From: an uncultured Acidobacteriota bacterium
GTDB lineage: Bacteria; Acidobacteriota; Thermoanaerobaculia; Gp7-AA8
DNA length: 64,000 nt
NCBI GenBank assembly: GCA_963821585.1
Contig: CAWGEI010000005.1
Coordinates: 1,094,603 to 1,158,602 of the forward strand
Direction of reading: 5' to 3'
A program made the position numbers and the translations under genes. Positions within the stretch are counted from its first letter, which is position 1, and the number at the start of each line of letters is the position of its first letter. Under the pieces are notes generated by a model. It was not told the origin of the DNA, ran no database searches, and was given only the letters and a program-made list of their open reading frames with translations. Shown here piece by piece: positions 9,489-16,850 of the stretch.

Positions 9489-9983
9489 GGATGTTGCCGC
9501 AGGACTCGGGCGTCGTGCGGCGGCACGATCACAGGTGCTGCTAGTCCTGTATAAAAACTCTAGTGTTTTTCTCTTGACTTTGTTTGCGAGCCGGTGCATT
9601 CTGTCCTGGCCGTGGGCGACTCCTGAAGTTGGCGGAGGGTCATGCGGCGGCTTGCGGCGGGTGATCTCCTTCCGCAGGCGCGGTGAGCACGATCCGGAGC
9701 CGGCACGAGCCGGTAGCCTGGACGGAAGCCACTCAGGCACGGCCGGTTTCGGCGCGCGATCAAAAGCCGCGCCTTCTGCCCGGCGGTGCATCCCCAAATC
9801 AGGACTCGTGTACGCACTCGCAAACGGTGCGCGTGCCCGAGTCACGCCTCCCGAGGCCCGCGGCTTCGGGGAACATGGACCCGGAGCTCCGGCGCGTGGC
9901 CGGATCACTCCACCGGGCGTCTTCCGCCAGCCGGCGGCGGACCAGCGTCCGGCTGACCGCAAAATGAGAAAGGGACAACCATC

Positions 9984-10514
9984 ATGATCAAGACCTCCGA
10001 TCCGAAGATCCCCAACGCGGCGGCGGACGGTGCCGTGCCGCTCCCTCCGGAACAATTCGTGGATCACCTGCGGATGCTCCGCGAGCACGTGCCGGATTTC
10101 GGCCCGCTGCCGGTTCCCGCGGCCCGGGCCCTGCGTACGACGGCGCACATTCCCGCCGAGTTCCTGCTGGCGTCGTTCAACACGGTCGGTGCGGAAAAGA
10201 CGATCGCGGACATGCTCGGTGCCGGTGCCCCGGCGCTGCAGGCCGAGAACGCGGACGTGGCGCGCTGGAGTGCCGTCGAGGACGAGCTGCGCACCATGCT
10301 CGTGGGCGTGGCCGCGGCGAATCTGGCCCGCCGTTATCGTCTCGGGCTGGCCGCGCTGCAGACGTACAGCATCGCCCGCCAGCTGGTGCGCAAGAAGGCG
10401 CACGCCGATCTCCTGCCGCACGTGGAGAACATGCGCCGCCTGAATCCGTTCGGACGCAAGCGCGCGACGCCGGAGCCCGTGAAGCCCGATCCCGCCTCCC
10501 CGGTGAAGCCGTAG
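9984..10514 (+). CDS. hypothetical protein
   Basis: 176-aa ORF with strong GC3 bias and a Pro/Lys-rich C-terminus. No motif recognised. Confidence 0.55.
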   Translation: MIKTSDPKIPNAAADGAVPLPPEQFVDHLRMLREHVPDFGPLPVPAARALRTTAHIPAEFLLASFNTVGAEKTIADMLGAGAPALQAENADVARWSAVEDELRTMLVGVAAANLARRYRLGLAALQTYSIARQLVRKKAHADLLPHVENMRRLNPFGRKRATPEPVKPDPASPVKP

Positions 10515-10541
10515 CCCCGCGGCCGCGGTAAACGTTCCCCC

Positions 10542-10571
10542 GGACCGGGCGCGCCGAAGCGCGCCCGGTCC
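10542..10571 (+). terminator. GC-rich hairpin after the 9984-10514 gene
   Basis: GGACCGGGCGCGC cgaa GCGCGCCCGGTCC is a 13-bp stem followed by TCTCTCTG, a weak U-tract. Confidence 0.5.
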
Positions 10572-10685
10572 TCTCTCTGAACAAACGGACGGGTCCGGTC
10601 AGAAAACGTCTCTATCTTCCGTCCTGCCGGATCTCCATCATCTCCATCGGGGGCGCGGGACCGCCCTGACCGAAAGGAGATGTTC

Positions 10686-11045
10686 ATGAAGAAGCGCCTG
10701 CTTTCGCTGTTCGCACTCACCCTCATCGTCCTCGTTGGCGTGGTCCCTGCCGCGCTGGCGGATCACTGCTCGAGATGCTCGACCGGCATGAAATGCCGTC
10801 CCGCTGCCGGGGGCGGCGCCGCCTCGTGTAATGACTCGGTTCCCGGCGTGTGCACCCTCTCCGGCACCTGCGGCGGTCCGCATCCGTTCGTCGAAACGGA
10901 GGACCCGTTCGCCGCCGACTTCATCGTGGCCTCGGTCGAGCGCCTTGACGAGCACACTGCCGGGCACACTGACGAGCCGCGTTCCACCGCATCCTCCGAG
11001 CCGCAGGTAGCGTCGCTCGAGACGCCGCCGGCCGCAAAACGCTGA
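10686..11045 (+). CDS. secreted Cys-rich small protein, paralog A
   Basis: AAAGGAG lies 7 nt before the ATG at 10686. The signal peptide is MKKRLLSLFALTLIVLVGVVPAALA/DH. There are six Cys in the first ~45 mature residues. It is a paralog of 11872-12228. Confidence 0.65.
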   Translation: MKKRLLSLFALTLIVLVGVVPAALADHCSRCSTGMKCRPAAGGGAASCNDSVPGVCTLSGTCGGPHPFVETEDPFAADFIVASVERLDEHTAGHTDEPRSTASSEPQVASLETPPAAKR

Positions 11046-11062
11046 TCCACCCCGGTCCCGCG

Positions 11063-11758
11063 TCACCCCGACTTTCTGGCGAATCGGAGCAGGCTGAAGC
11101 CGAAGACCAGCATCCAGACGGGCAGCAGGTAGTTGTTCACTTCCGCGATGGGGGCGACGGCTGAGGTCACGTTGCGGAACATGCCGATGAGACCGGCGGC
11201 GCTGGTGACGATCCCCAGCCAGCCGGTCCAGCGGGGGAAGCCGCTGCCGTCCTTGAGCATCGCCGACGCGGACAGCAGGAAGAACACGCTGAAGCACAAC
11301 TCGCCGAGGAACTCGCCGATATAGTTGCCGAGGTAGCTGTTCGTTGCATTGAAGACCGCTTCCAGCGCGGGCCGGGCGTCCGGTTGTGCGGCCCAGGTCT
11401 GCGCCAGCTCCCAGTGGAAGCTCGGCCAGCGCATGAGGCCGAGGATCATGGCGAGCGCGGAGATCGCGGCGAAGTACATGCCGAGGCGCACCAGCCCCTC
11501 GCTCCGGGGCCGCAGCGCGTGAAACGCGCCGACCGCGGCGGGGATCCAGAACAAGGGAAGCAGGGCGTAGATCGCCCAGACCGCGCGCCCCGAGGGACCC
11601 GTCGCCAGCAGCGCCGGCAGGACGTCCGCCGCGCGTCCGTCGAGTACGTCCGGATAGTGGAACTGCGCCGCGAGATACGTGAATACCGCCATGAAGGCGA
11701 TAGCGGCGATGATGAGGGAGAAGCCGCTGATACGGATGATGCCGCGGTCACTGTTCAT
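11063..11758 (-). CDS. multi-pass membrane protein (DUF4386-like)
   Basis: Six or more hydrophobic helices; the overall pattern resembles the DUF4386 family. It is convergent with paralog A. Confidence 0.55.
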   Translation of the reverse strand: MNSDRGIIRISGFSLIIAAIAFMAVFTYLAAQFHYPDVLDGRAADVLPALLATGPSGRAVWAIYALLPLFWIPAAVGAFHALRPRSEGLVRLGMYFAAISALAMILGLMRWPSFHWELAQTWAAQPDARPALEAVFNATNSYLGNYIGEFLGELCFSVFFLLSASAMLKDGSGFPRWTGWLGIVTSAAGLIGMFRNVTSAVAPIAEVNNYLLPVWMLVFGFSLLRFARKSG

Positions 11759-11871
11759 TCACGCCAGTATGAACGGACGGGCCCGGTCAGAAAACGTCTC
11801 TATCTTCCCTCCTGCCGGATCTCCATCATCTCCCTCGGGGCGCGGGACCGCCCGACCGAAAGGAGCTGTTC

Positions 11872-12228
11872 ATGAAGAAACGCCTGCTTTCGCTGTTCGC
11901 ACTCACCCTCATCGTCCTCGTTGGCGTGGCCCCTGCCGCGCTGGCGGATCACTGCCACAGATGCTCGGCCGCCGGCACCAAATGCCTTCCCGCTTTCGGT
12001 TCCGGCGGCGCCCAGTGGTGCGACGACATCACGACTCCCGGCACGTGCGTCCTCACCGGCTGGTGTCGCGGTCCGCATCCGCTGATCGAAACGACGGACC
12101 CGTTCGCCGCCGACTTCATCGTGGCCTCGGTCGAGCGCATCGATGAGCATACTGCCGAGCCGCGTTCCACCGCATCCTCCGAGCCTCAGGTAGCGTCGCT
12201 CGCGCCGCCGCCGGCCGCAAAACGCTGA
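11872..12228 (+). CDS. secreted Cys-rich small protein, paralog B
   Basis: MKKRLLSLFALTLIVLVGVAPAALA/DHCHRCSAAGTKCLP... The upstream 100 nt, signal peptide and C-terminal half are nearly identical to paralog A, while the Cys-rich core has diverged. Confidence 0.65.
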   Translation: MKKRLLSLFALTLIVLVGVAPAALADHCHRCSAAGTKCLPAFGSGGAQWCDDITTPGTCVLTGWCRGPHPLIETTDPFAADFIVASVERIDEHTAEPRSTASSEPQVASLAPPPAAKR

Positions 12229-12674
12229 TCCACAGCGGTCCCGCGTCCTATCATTGCGACGATCGGCAGCCCGACGAAGAACACATGACCGACGAGCTGA
12301 ATCCACCAGCGGATGGTGATGTTCGGCGGTCGGTGGACAAGCAGCGGGATGACCACCAGCGACATCACCAGCCACACGAACGGACCGTAAATCGCCGCGA
12401 CCTTCACGATCCCGCCGTGGCGGAGGCGCGGGAAGTACGTGACGAGCAGCAGAAACACGGCGGACCACGCGAAGGCGACGCCGATATGCATCAGAACGCC
12501 GATCAGCGCGGTGCGGGTCCCGCCCTCCAGGGCCGAGGGCCCGAGGAGCACGGAGGCCACGTTCTGCCAGAGCCGCGTGATCGTGGAGCCGTAGAACCCC
12601 TTCGCCAGCACGCAGGCAAAGAGGCCGTCGGTGAGCGCGGTCGCCAGACCGGCAGCGATCAGCCTCCGTAACAT
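12186..12674 (-). CDS. membrane protein, hypothetical
   Basis: Four or five TM helices and good GC3 bias. Its 3' end overlaps the 3' end of paralog B by 43 nt (convergent). Confidence 0.5.
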   Translation of the reverse strand: MLRRLIAAGLATALTDGLFACVLAKGFYGSTITRLWQNVASVLLGPSALEGGTRTALIGVLMHIGVAFAWSAVFLLLVTYFPRLRHGGIVKVAAIYGPFVWLVMSLVVIPLLVHRPPNITIRWWIQLVGHVFFVGLPIVAMIGRGTAVDQRFAAGGGASDAT

Positions 12675-12684
12675 CGGCGACCAT

Positions 12685-12714
12685 TATGGAGTGCGGCCGT
12701 CGCCGCACTCCATA
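12685..12714. repeat. hairpin TATGGAGTGCGGC cgtc GCCGCACTCCATA
   Basis: Perfect 13-bp stem between divergent starts at 12674 and 12745. A related GGAGTGCGGC...GCCGCACTCC hairpin lies at 43996-44021. Confidence 0.7.
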
Positions 12715-12732
12715 TTCACTGCGAGCCCGACG

Positions 12733-12738
12733 TAGAAT
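12733..12738 (+). promoter_or_regulatory. -10-like TAGAAT 6 nt upstream of the GTG at 12745 (possible leaderless transcript)
   Basis: The 10-mer ACGTAGAATC is identical to the one at 13509-13518. There is no Shine-Dalgarno sequence. Confidence 0.3.
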
Positions 12739-12744
12739 CAACAC

Positions 12745-13062
12745 GTGACGCCTCTCGCGATTGCCATCGACAAGGACAAGCTTCGCGACTTCTGCCGCAG
12801 GTGGAAGATCACGGAGTTTGCTCTTTTCGGGAGCGCGGTGCGGCCTGGAGAGTTTCGCTCGGACAGCGACGTCGACGTCATGGTGACTTTCGCGCCGGAC
12901 ACGCGGTGGACGTTGCTCCACATGGTTGATATGAAGGAACAGCTCGAAGCATTGTTCGGCCGGCCCGTGGATCTATTGACTCGCCGGGGCGTGGAGCGAA
13001 GCCACAATCGGTTCCGGCGCGAGTCGATCCTGGACTCTGCGGTGGTGTTGGATGTCGCCTGA
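12745..13062 (+). CDS. mntA: nucleotidyltransferase-domain antitoxin (MNT/MntA type)
   Basis: LFGSAVRPGEFRSDSDVDVMV carries the GS...DxD minimal nucleotidyltransferase motif. The gene overlaps the downstream HEPN gene by 11 nt. Confidence 0.85.
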   Translation: MTPLAIAIDKDKLRDFCRRWKITEFALFGSAVRPGEFRSDSDVDVMVTFAPDTRWTLLHMVDMKEQLEALFGRPVDLLTRRGVERSHNRFRRESILDSAVVLDVA

Positions 13063-13381
13063 CCGCACTTTCCTCGAAGATATCCTTCATTCGGGACGGC
13101 TGGCGCTGCACTACGTCGAAGGGATGTCCCTTGCCGGGTTCGAAGCGGATCTCAAGACACAGGACGCGGTCATCCGGCGTCTCGAGGTCATCGGCGAAGC
13201 CGTGAAGTGGGTCGAGTCCGACGTGAAGGCGGCGATACCTACCGTGCAATGGCGGCGCATCAGCGGGATGCGCAACTTTGTGATCCATGAATACTGGGAC
13301 GTCGACCTGACGATCGTCTGGAGTACCGTGCACGACGATCTCCCACCATTGATCGAGGCAATCGAAAGGCATCTTTCATGA
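13052..13381 (+). CDS. hepT: HEPN/DUF86 toxin (HepT type)
   Basis: DUF86 pattern with the Rx4HxY motif (RNFVIHEY). Confidence 0.85.
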   Translation: MSPDRTFLEDILHSGRLALHYVEGMSLAGFEADLKTQDAVIRRLEVIGEAVKWVESDVKAAIPTVQWRRISGMRNFVIHEYWDVDLTIVWSTVHDDLPPLIEAIERHLS

Positions 13382-13391
13382 CCATTTCCTC

Positions 13392-13504
13392 GAGCCCGCT
13401 CCGCGGGCAAGCGGCTGCCGTAGGCAGCTGGAGGCAATAGCCCCCGGCTTCCAGCCGGGGGAAGGGGCGGGGGGCGCGAAACGAGCCCGCGTAGCGGGCG
13501 GCAG
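13392..13504. repeat. half copy of the ~190-bp nested-palindrome (REPIN-like) family
   Basis: GAGCCCGCTCCGCGGGC ... AATAGCCCCCGGCTTCCAGCCGGGGG ... AAACGAGCCCGCGTAGCGGGCGGCAG. Confidence 0.75.
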
Positions 13505-13511
13505 GAGAACG

Positions 13512-13517
13512 TAGAAT
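13512..13517 (+). promoter_or_regulatory. -10-like TAGAAT 6 nt upstream of the proC ATG (possible leaderless transcript)
   Basis: ACGTAGAATC cccgc ATG has the same geometry as 12733 and 1356. Confidence 0.3.
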
Positions 13518-13523
13518 CCCCGC

Positions 13524-14342
13524 ATGCGCACCATCGGCTTTATCGGCGCCGGCAACATGGCTGAGGCCATGATCCGGGGGCTGCTCCGCGGGAACGACTT
13601 CGCGCCGGAGCATGTCTCCGCCTCGGGGCCGCGCGAGGAGCGGGCGGCGGAGCTGCGGGAGAAGTACGGGATCGACGCCACCACGAACAACAAAACCCCC
13701 GCGCAGAAGGACATCGTCGTCCTCAGCGTGAAGCCGCAGATCATGAGCCGGGTGCTCGACGAGGTCGCGGACGCGATTCGCGCGGACGCGCTGGTGATCA
13801 GCATCGCCGCAGGGGTCCCGGTCGCGACGATCCAGTCTCGGCTGGCGAGCGGGACGCGCGTCGTGAGGGCGATGCCCAACACGCCCGCGCTGGTCGACGC
13901 CGCGGCGACGGCGATCGCGGGAGGGGAGCACGCAAGCGAGTCCGATCTGGCGGATGCGAAGAAGATCTTCGACGCCATTGGCCTGACCGTGATCCTCGAG
14001 GAATCCGCGCTCGACGCCGTCACCGGCCTCTCCGGCTCCGGGCCCGCGTACGTCTTCCTCATCCTCGAGGCCCTCAGCGACGCGGGCGTGAAGGTCGGCC
14101 TCTCCCGCCGCACCGCGCAGCTCCTCGCCGCGCAGACGGTCCTCGGATCTGCCAAACTGCTCCTGGAAACCAACGAGCATCCCGGCCGTTTGAAGGACAT
14201 GGTCACGTCGCCGGGCGGCACGGCCATCACCGGCCTGCACACGCTCGAGCACGGAGGCCTCCGGACGACGCTGATGAACGCTGTCGAAGCGGCCACGCGC
14301 CGCTCGCGCGAGCTCGGCGAGGCGATGCTGAAGAAGGAGTAG
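13524..14342 (+). CDS. proC: pyrroline-5-carboxylate reductase
   Basis: IGFIGAGNMAEAMIRGLL Rossmann N-terminus and SPGGTAITGLHTLE C-terminal ProC signature. Confidence 0.9.
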   Translation: MRTIGFIGAGNMAEAMIRGLLRGNDFAPEHVSASGPREERAAELREKYGIDATTNNKTPAQKDIVVLSVKPQIMSRVLDEVADAIRADALVISIAAGVPVATIQSRLASGTRVVRAMPNTPALVDAAATAIAGGEHASESDLADAKKIFDAIGLTVILEESALDAVTGLSGSGPAYVFLILEALSDAGVKVGLSRRTAQLLAAQTVLGSAKLLLETNEHPGRLKDMVTSPGGTAITGLHTLEHGGLRTTLMNAVEAATRRSRELGEAMLKKE

Positions 14343-14343
14343 C

Positions 14344-14889
14344 TTGGATCCGCTCGAAGACGTCGAGAAAGAGTTGAACGAAGCCACCCGCCGCGCCTGG
14401 ACGCTGGTCCAGTCGACGGACGGACGCCTGTTCACCGTCCGCCCGAAGGCATCGAGCTGGTCGGCGGCGGAGTGCCTCGCGCACCTGAGCATCTCCACCG
14501 AGATGTTCCTTCCCGTCCTGCGCACGAGCATCGACCAGGCCCGAAAGAAGAAGCGCAAAGGCACGGCGACCATGGACATCGTCGGCCGCGTCCTGGCGTG
14601 GTTCCTCGAGCCGCCGATCCGGAAGAAGGTCAGGACGGCGGCGCCGTTCGTCCCGAAATCGACGCGGGCGAAGGCCGAGGCGTTCGGCGAGTTCGTCTCG
14701 CTGCAGGAGAAGCTGATCGACCTCCTCCGCGAGGCGCGCGACACCGATCTGCGCGCGAAAATCGTCTCGCCGTTCAACAAACGGGTGCGCTACAACCTCC
14801 TCTCCGCCTTCCGCATCGTCGCCGCCCACGAGCGCCGCCACCTCTGGCAGGCGGAGCAGGTCATCGCGGAATTACGCGCCCGGCCGTAA
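14344..14889 (+). CDS. DinB-family protein
   Basis: WSAAECLAHL ... AAHERRHLWQAE is the His-containing four-helix DinB_2 pattern. TTG start, 1 nt after the proC stop. Confidence 0.65.
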   Translation: MDPLEDVEKELNEATRRAWTLVQSTDGRLFTVRPKASSWSAAECLAHLSISTEMFLPVLRTSIDQARKKKRKGTATMDIVGRVLAWFLEPPIRKKVRTAAPFVPKSTRAKAEAFGEFVSLQEKLIDLLREARDTDLRAKIVSPFNKRVRYNLLSAFRIVAAHERRHLWQAEQVIAELRARP

Positions 14890-14927
14890 CCGAGCTGTGG
14901 GGTGGCACGTCACACTCCTGCACTAAT

Positions 14928-16196
14928 ATGTCGCCCCGCATGAGATCCGTCGCCCTGTCCCTCTGTCTTTTCCTCGCCGCCACAGCCTCCTACGCGCAGG
15001 AGCCGGCGCGCTATCGCCTCGAGCGCGTCATCGTCGAAGGCTCGAACATCGACGAGGACACCGTCCGCGCCGAGACGCGCCTCGAAGAAGAGCAGAGCTA
15101 CACCGAGGAGGACTTCCGGCAGGGCGTGTACCGCGTGCGGCGGCTGCCGTTCGTCACCGACGCCGTGTACCGCATCGAGCCCGGCGTGACCGGCGGCGGG
15201 ACGACCCTCGTCATCCGCATCCTCGACACCATGCCGATCTACTACGGCCTCAACGCCGGCACCACGCAGGGCGGCGAGGGCGAATCCGAGACCACCGGGG
15301 ATTTCCTCCTCGGCGGCCGCTGGCTCCTCGACAACCTCGGCGTCCTCGAAGGCGCGGTCCAGAAGACGAAGGACGAGGACGGCTTCCTGGCCGGCTTCGC
15401 CTATCGCGCGTACAACATCTACGGCACCGGCGGCTACGCGAGCCTCGCGGTGGCGCAGCGCTTCAAGGGCGAGCCGTTCTACTACGACCCGACCGTGGTC
15501 CTCAACCTCGGCTATCCGCTGACCCAGAAGCAGACGCTGACGTTCACGGCGTCGCGCGTGAAGTCCCGCCTCCCGAGCGAGTTCGACGTCGAAGGCGACG
15601 ACGACGATCCGGACGTCGACGATGACGAGGCCGAGGACGACAACCAGACCCTCACCCAGCGCGACCGCTTCGAGTTCGCGGAGCTCCGCTGGTGGTACGA
15701 GACCATCGACGATCCGCTCTTCACCACCCGCGGCGTGCAGTTCTCCGCCGGCCCGCGGTGGTCGACGATCGAGCACGTGGCCGAGGTGTACGACGTGGGC
15801 GACGCGGATCCGGACGAGGTCGTGCTCGCGACCAAGACCGGCACCTCCTCCCTCGGCTTCGCGTTCGACGGCGCGGGCTACAGGCCGTTCACGCCGCGGA
15901 ACTCCGCGTTCCTCCGGTTCGGCGGTGATTACGCGAAGACCGACGAGGAGTCGGACCTGCAGTTCCTCAACGGCGCGGCGCGCGTCGGGGTGACGCACGA
16001 CTTCCACTCGCACGAGGAGAACGTCCTGCGTCCGTTCAAGGCGCGCTTCGAGATCGGTGCGGGCTATCGCGCGTCGATCCTGCGTCCGGCGAGCGGCGAC
16101 GAGTTTCGCGACACGAACGCGTTCGGCGAGGCCGCGTTCGTGATGCGGCACCGCTGGGGCACGATCCGTCTGTCGGCGTTCTACGACGCCGACTGA
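14928..16196 (+). CDS. outer-membrane beta-barrel protein with a POTRA-like N-terminal domain and an acidic insert
   Basis: Signal peptide MSPRMRSVALSLCLFLAATASYAQE. RYRLERVIVEGSNIDEDTVR is POTRA-like. The body alternates beta strands and has a poly-acidic stretch, GDDDDPDVDDDEAEDD. The ORF-track start at 14472 is an upstream read-through. Confidence 0.45.
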   Translation: MSPRMRSVALSLCLFLAATASYAQEPARYRLERVIVEGSNIDEDTVRAETRLEEEQSYTEEDFRQGVYRVRRLPFVTDAVYRIEPGVTGGGTTLVIRILDTMPIYYGLNAGTTQGGEGESETTGDFLLGGRWLLDNLGVLEGAVQKTKDEDGFLAGFAYRAYNIYGTGGYASLAVAQRFKGEPFYYDPTVVLNLGYPLTQKQTLTFTASRVKSRLPSEFDVEGDDDDPDVDDDEAEDDNQTLTQRDRFEFAELRWWYETIDDPLFTTRGVQFSAGPRWSTIEHVAEVYDVGDADPDEVVLATKTGTSSLGFAFDGAGYRPFTPRNSAFLRFGGDYAKTDEESDLQFLNGAARVGVTHDFHSHEENVLRPFKARFEIGAGYRASILRPASGDEFRDTNAFGEAAFVMRHRWGTIRLSAFYDAD

Positions 16197-16831
16197 CGCT
16201 CGCGCTCGCGCTTCGAGTTTCTGCGCGCGCGCAGATACTCGATGATGCCGGGCAGCAGCGAGAGGAAGATCACGATGATGATCACCTTCTCGATGTGCTG
16301 CTCGGTCGCCGGGAACATCGTCACCAGCCCGTAGCCGAGCATGGTCATCGAGAACACCCAGCCGATGCCGCCGACGATGTTGAACAGGGCGAAGCGGCGG
16401 TAGCTCATGCCGGCCATGCCGGCGACGACGGGCGCGAAGGTGCGGACGATCGGCACGAAGCGGGCGATGATGATGGTCTTGCCGCCGTGGCGCTCGTAGA
16501 ACTCGTGCGTGGCGATGAGGTGCTTCTTCTTGAACAGCAGCGAGTCTTCCTTGCGGAAGAGCGCGGGGCCGAGCTTCTTGCCGATGTAGTAGCCGGTGGC
16601 GTCGCCGAGGATGGCGCAGGTCATCAGCAGCAGGTTGAGGTAGACGATGTTCAGGTCGCCCTTCGCCGCGAAGAGGCCCGCGGTGACGAGCAGCGAGTCG
16701 CCGGGGAGGAAAAATCCGATCATCAATCCCGTCTCGGTGAAGACAATGATGGCCAGGGCAATGTAGCCTCCGGCCTGCACGAGACCGCGGACGTCGGTCA
16801 GGAAATGAAACCAGTCACGAAGGGTTTCCAT
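16181..16831 (-). CDS. DedA family membrane protein
   Basis: FTETGLMIGFFLPGDSLLVTAG ... GKTIIIARFVPIVRTFAPVVAGM is the DedA/SNARE-associated signature. Confidence 0.85.
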   Translation of the reverse strand: METLRDWFHFLTDVRGLVQAGGYIALAIIVFTETGLMIGFFLPGDSLLVTAGLFAAKGDLNIVYLNLLLMTCAILGDATGYYIGKKLGPALFRKEDSLLFKKKHLIATHEFYERHGGKTIIIARFVPIVRTFAPVVAGMAGMSYRRFALFNIVGGIGWVFSMTMLGYGLVTMFPATEQHIEKVIIIVIFLSLLPGIIEYLRARRNSKRERERQSAS

Positions 16832-16850
16832 CAGGGGCGCGAATCCTAGC

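Noticed and set aside
9590-9960. Riboswitch (c-di-GMP-I or cobalamin) suggested by GGACGGAAGCC-like strings
   Set aside because: I could not reconstruct the required conserved helices or boxes by eye. Only short chance similarities were found, so the region is left as an unassigned non-coding region.
14472-14927. Long N-terminal extensions given by the ORF track for several genes (for example 14472 for the outer-membrane protein, 47576 for the PBP, 45266 for the S46 peptidase, 51940 for mlaD, 54516 for uxs, 32130 for lon)
   Set aside because: The extensions overlap the preceding gene or a repeat element and translate to R/P/G-rich junk. Internal starts with signal peptides, Shine-Dalgarno sites or family-typical N-termini were chosen instead.
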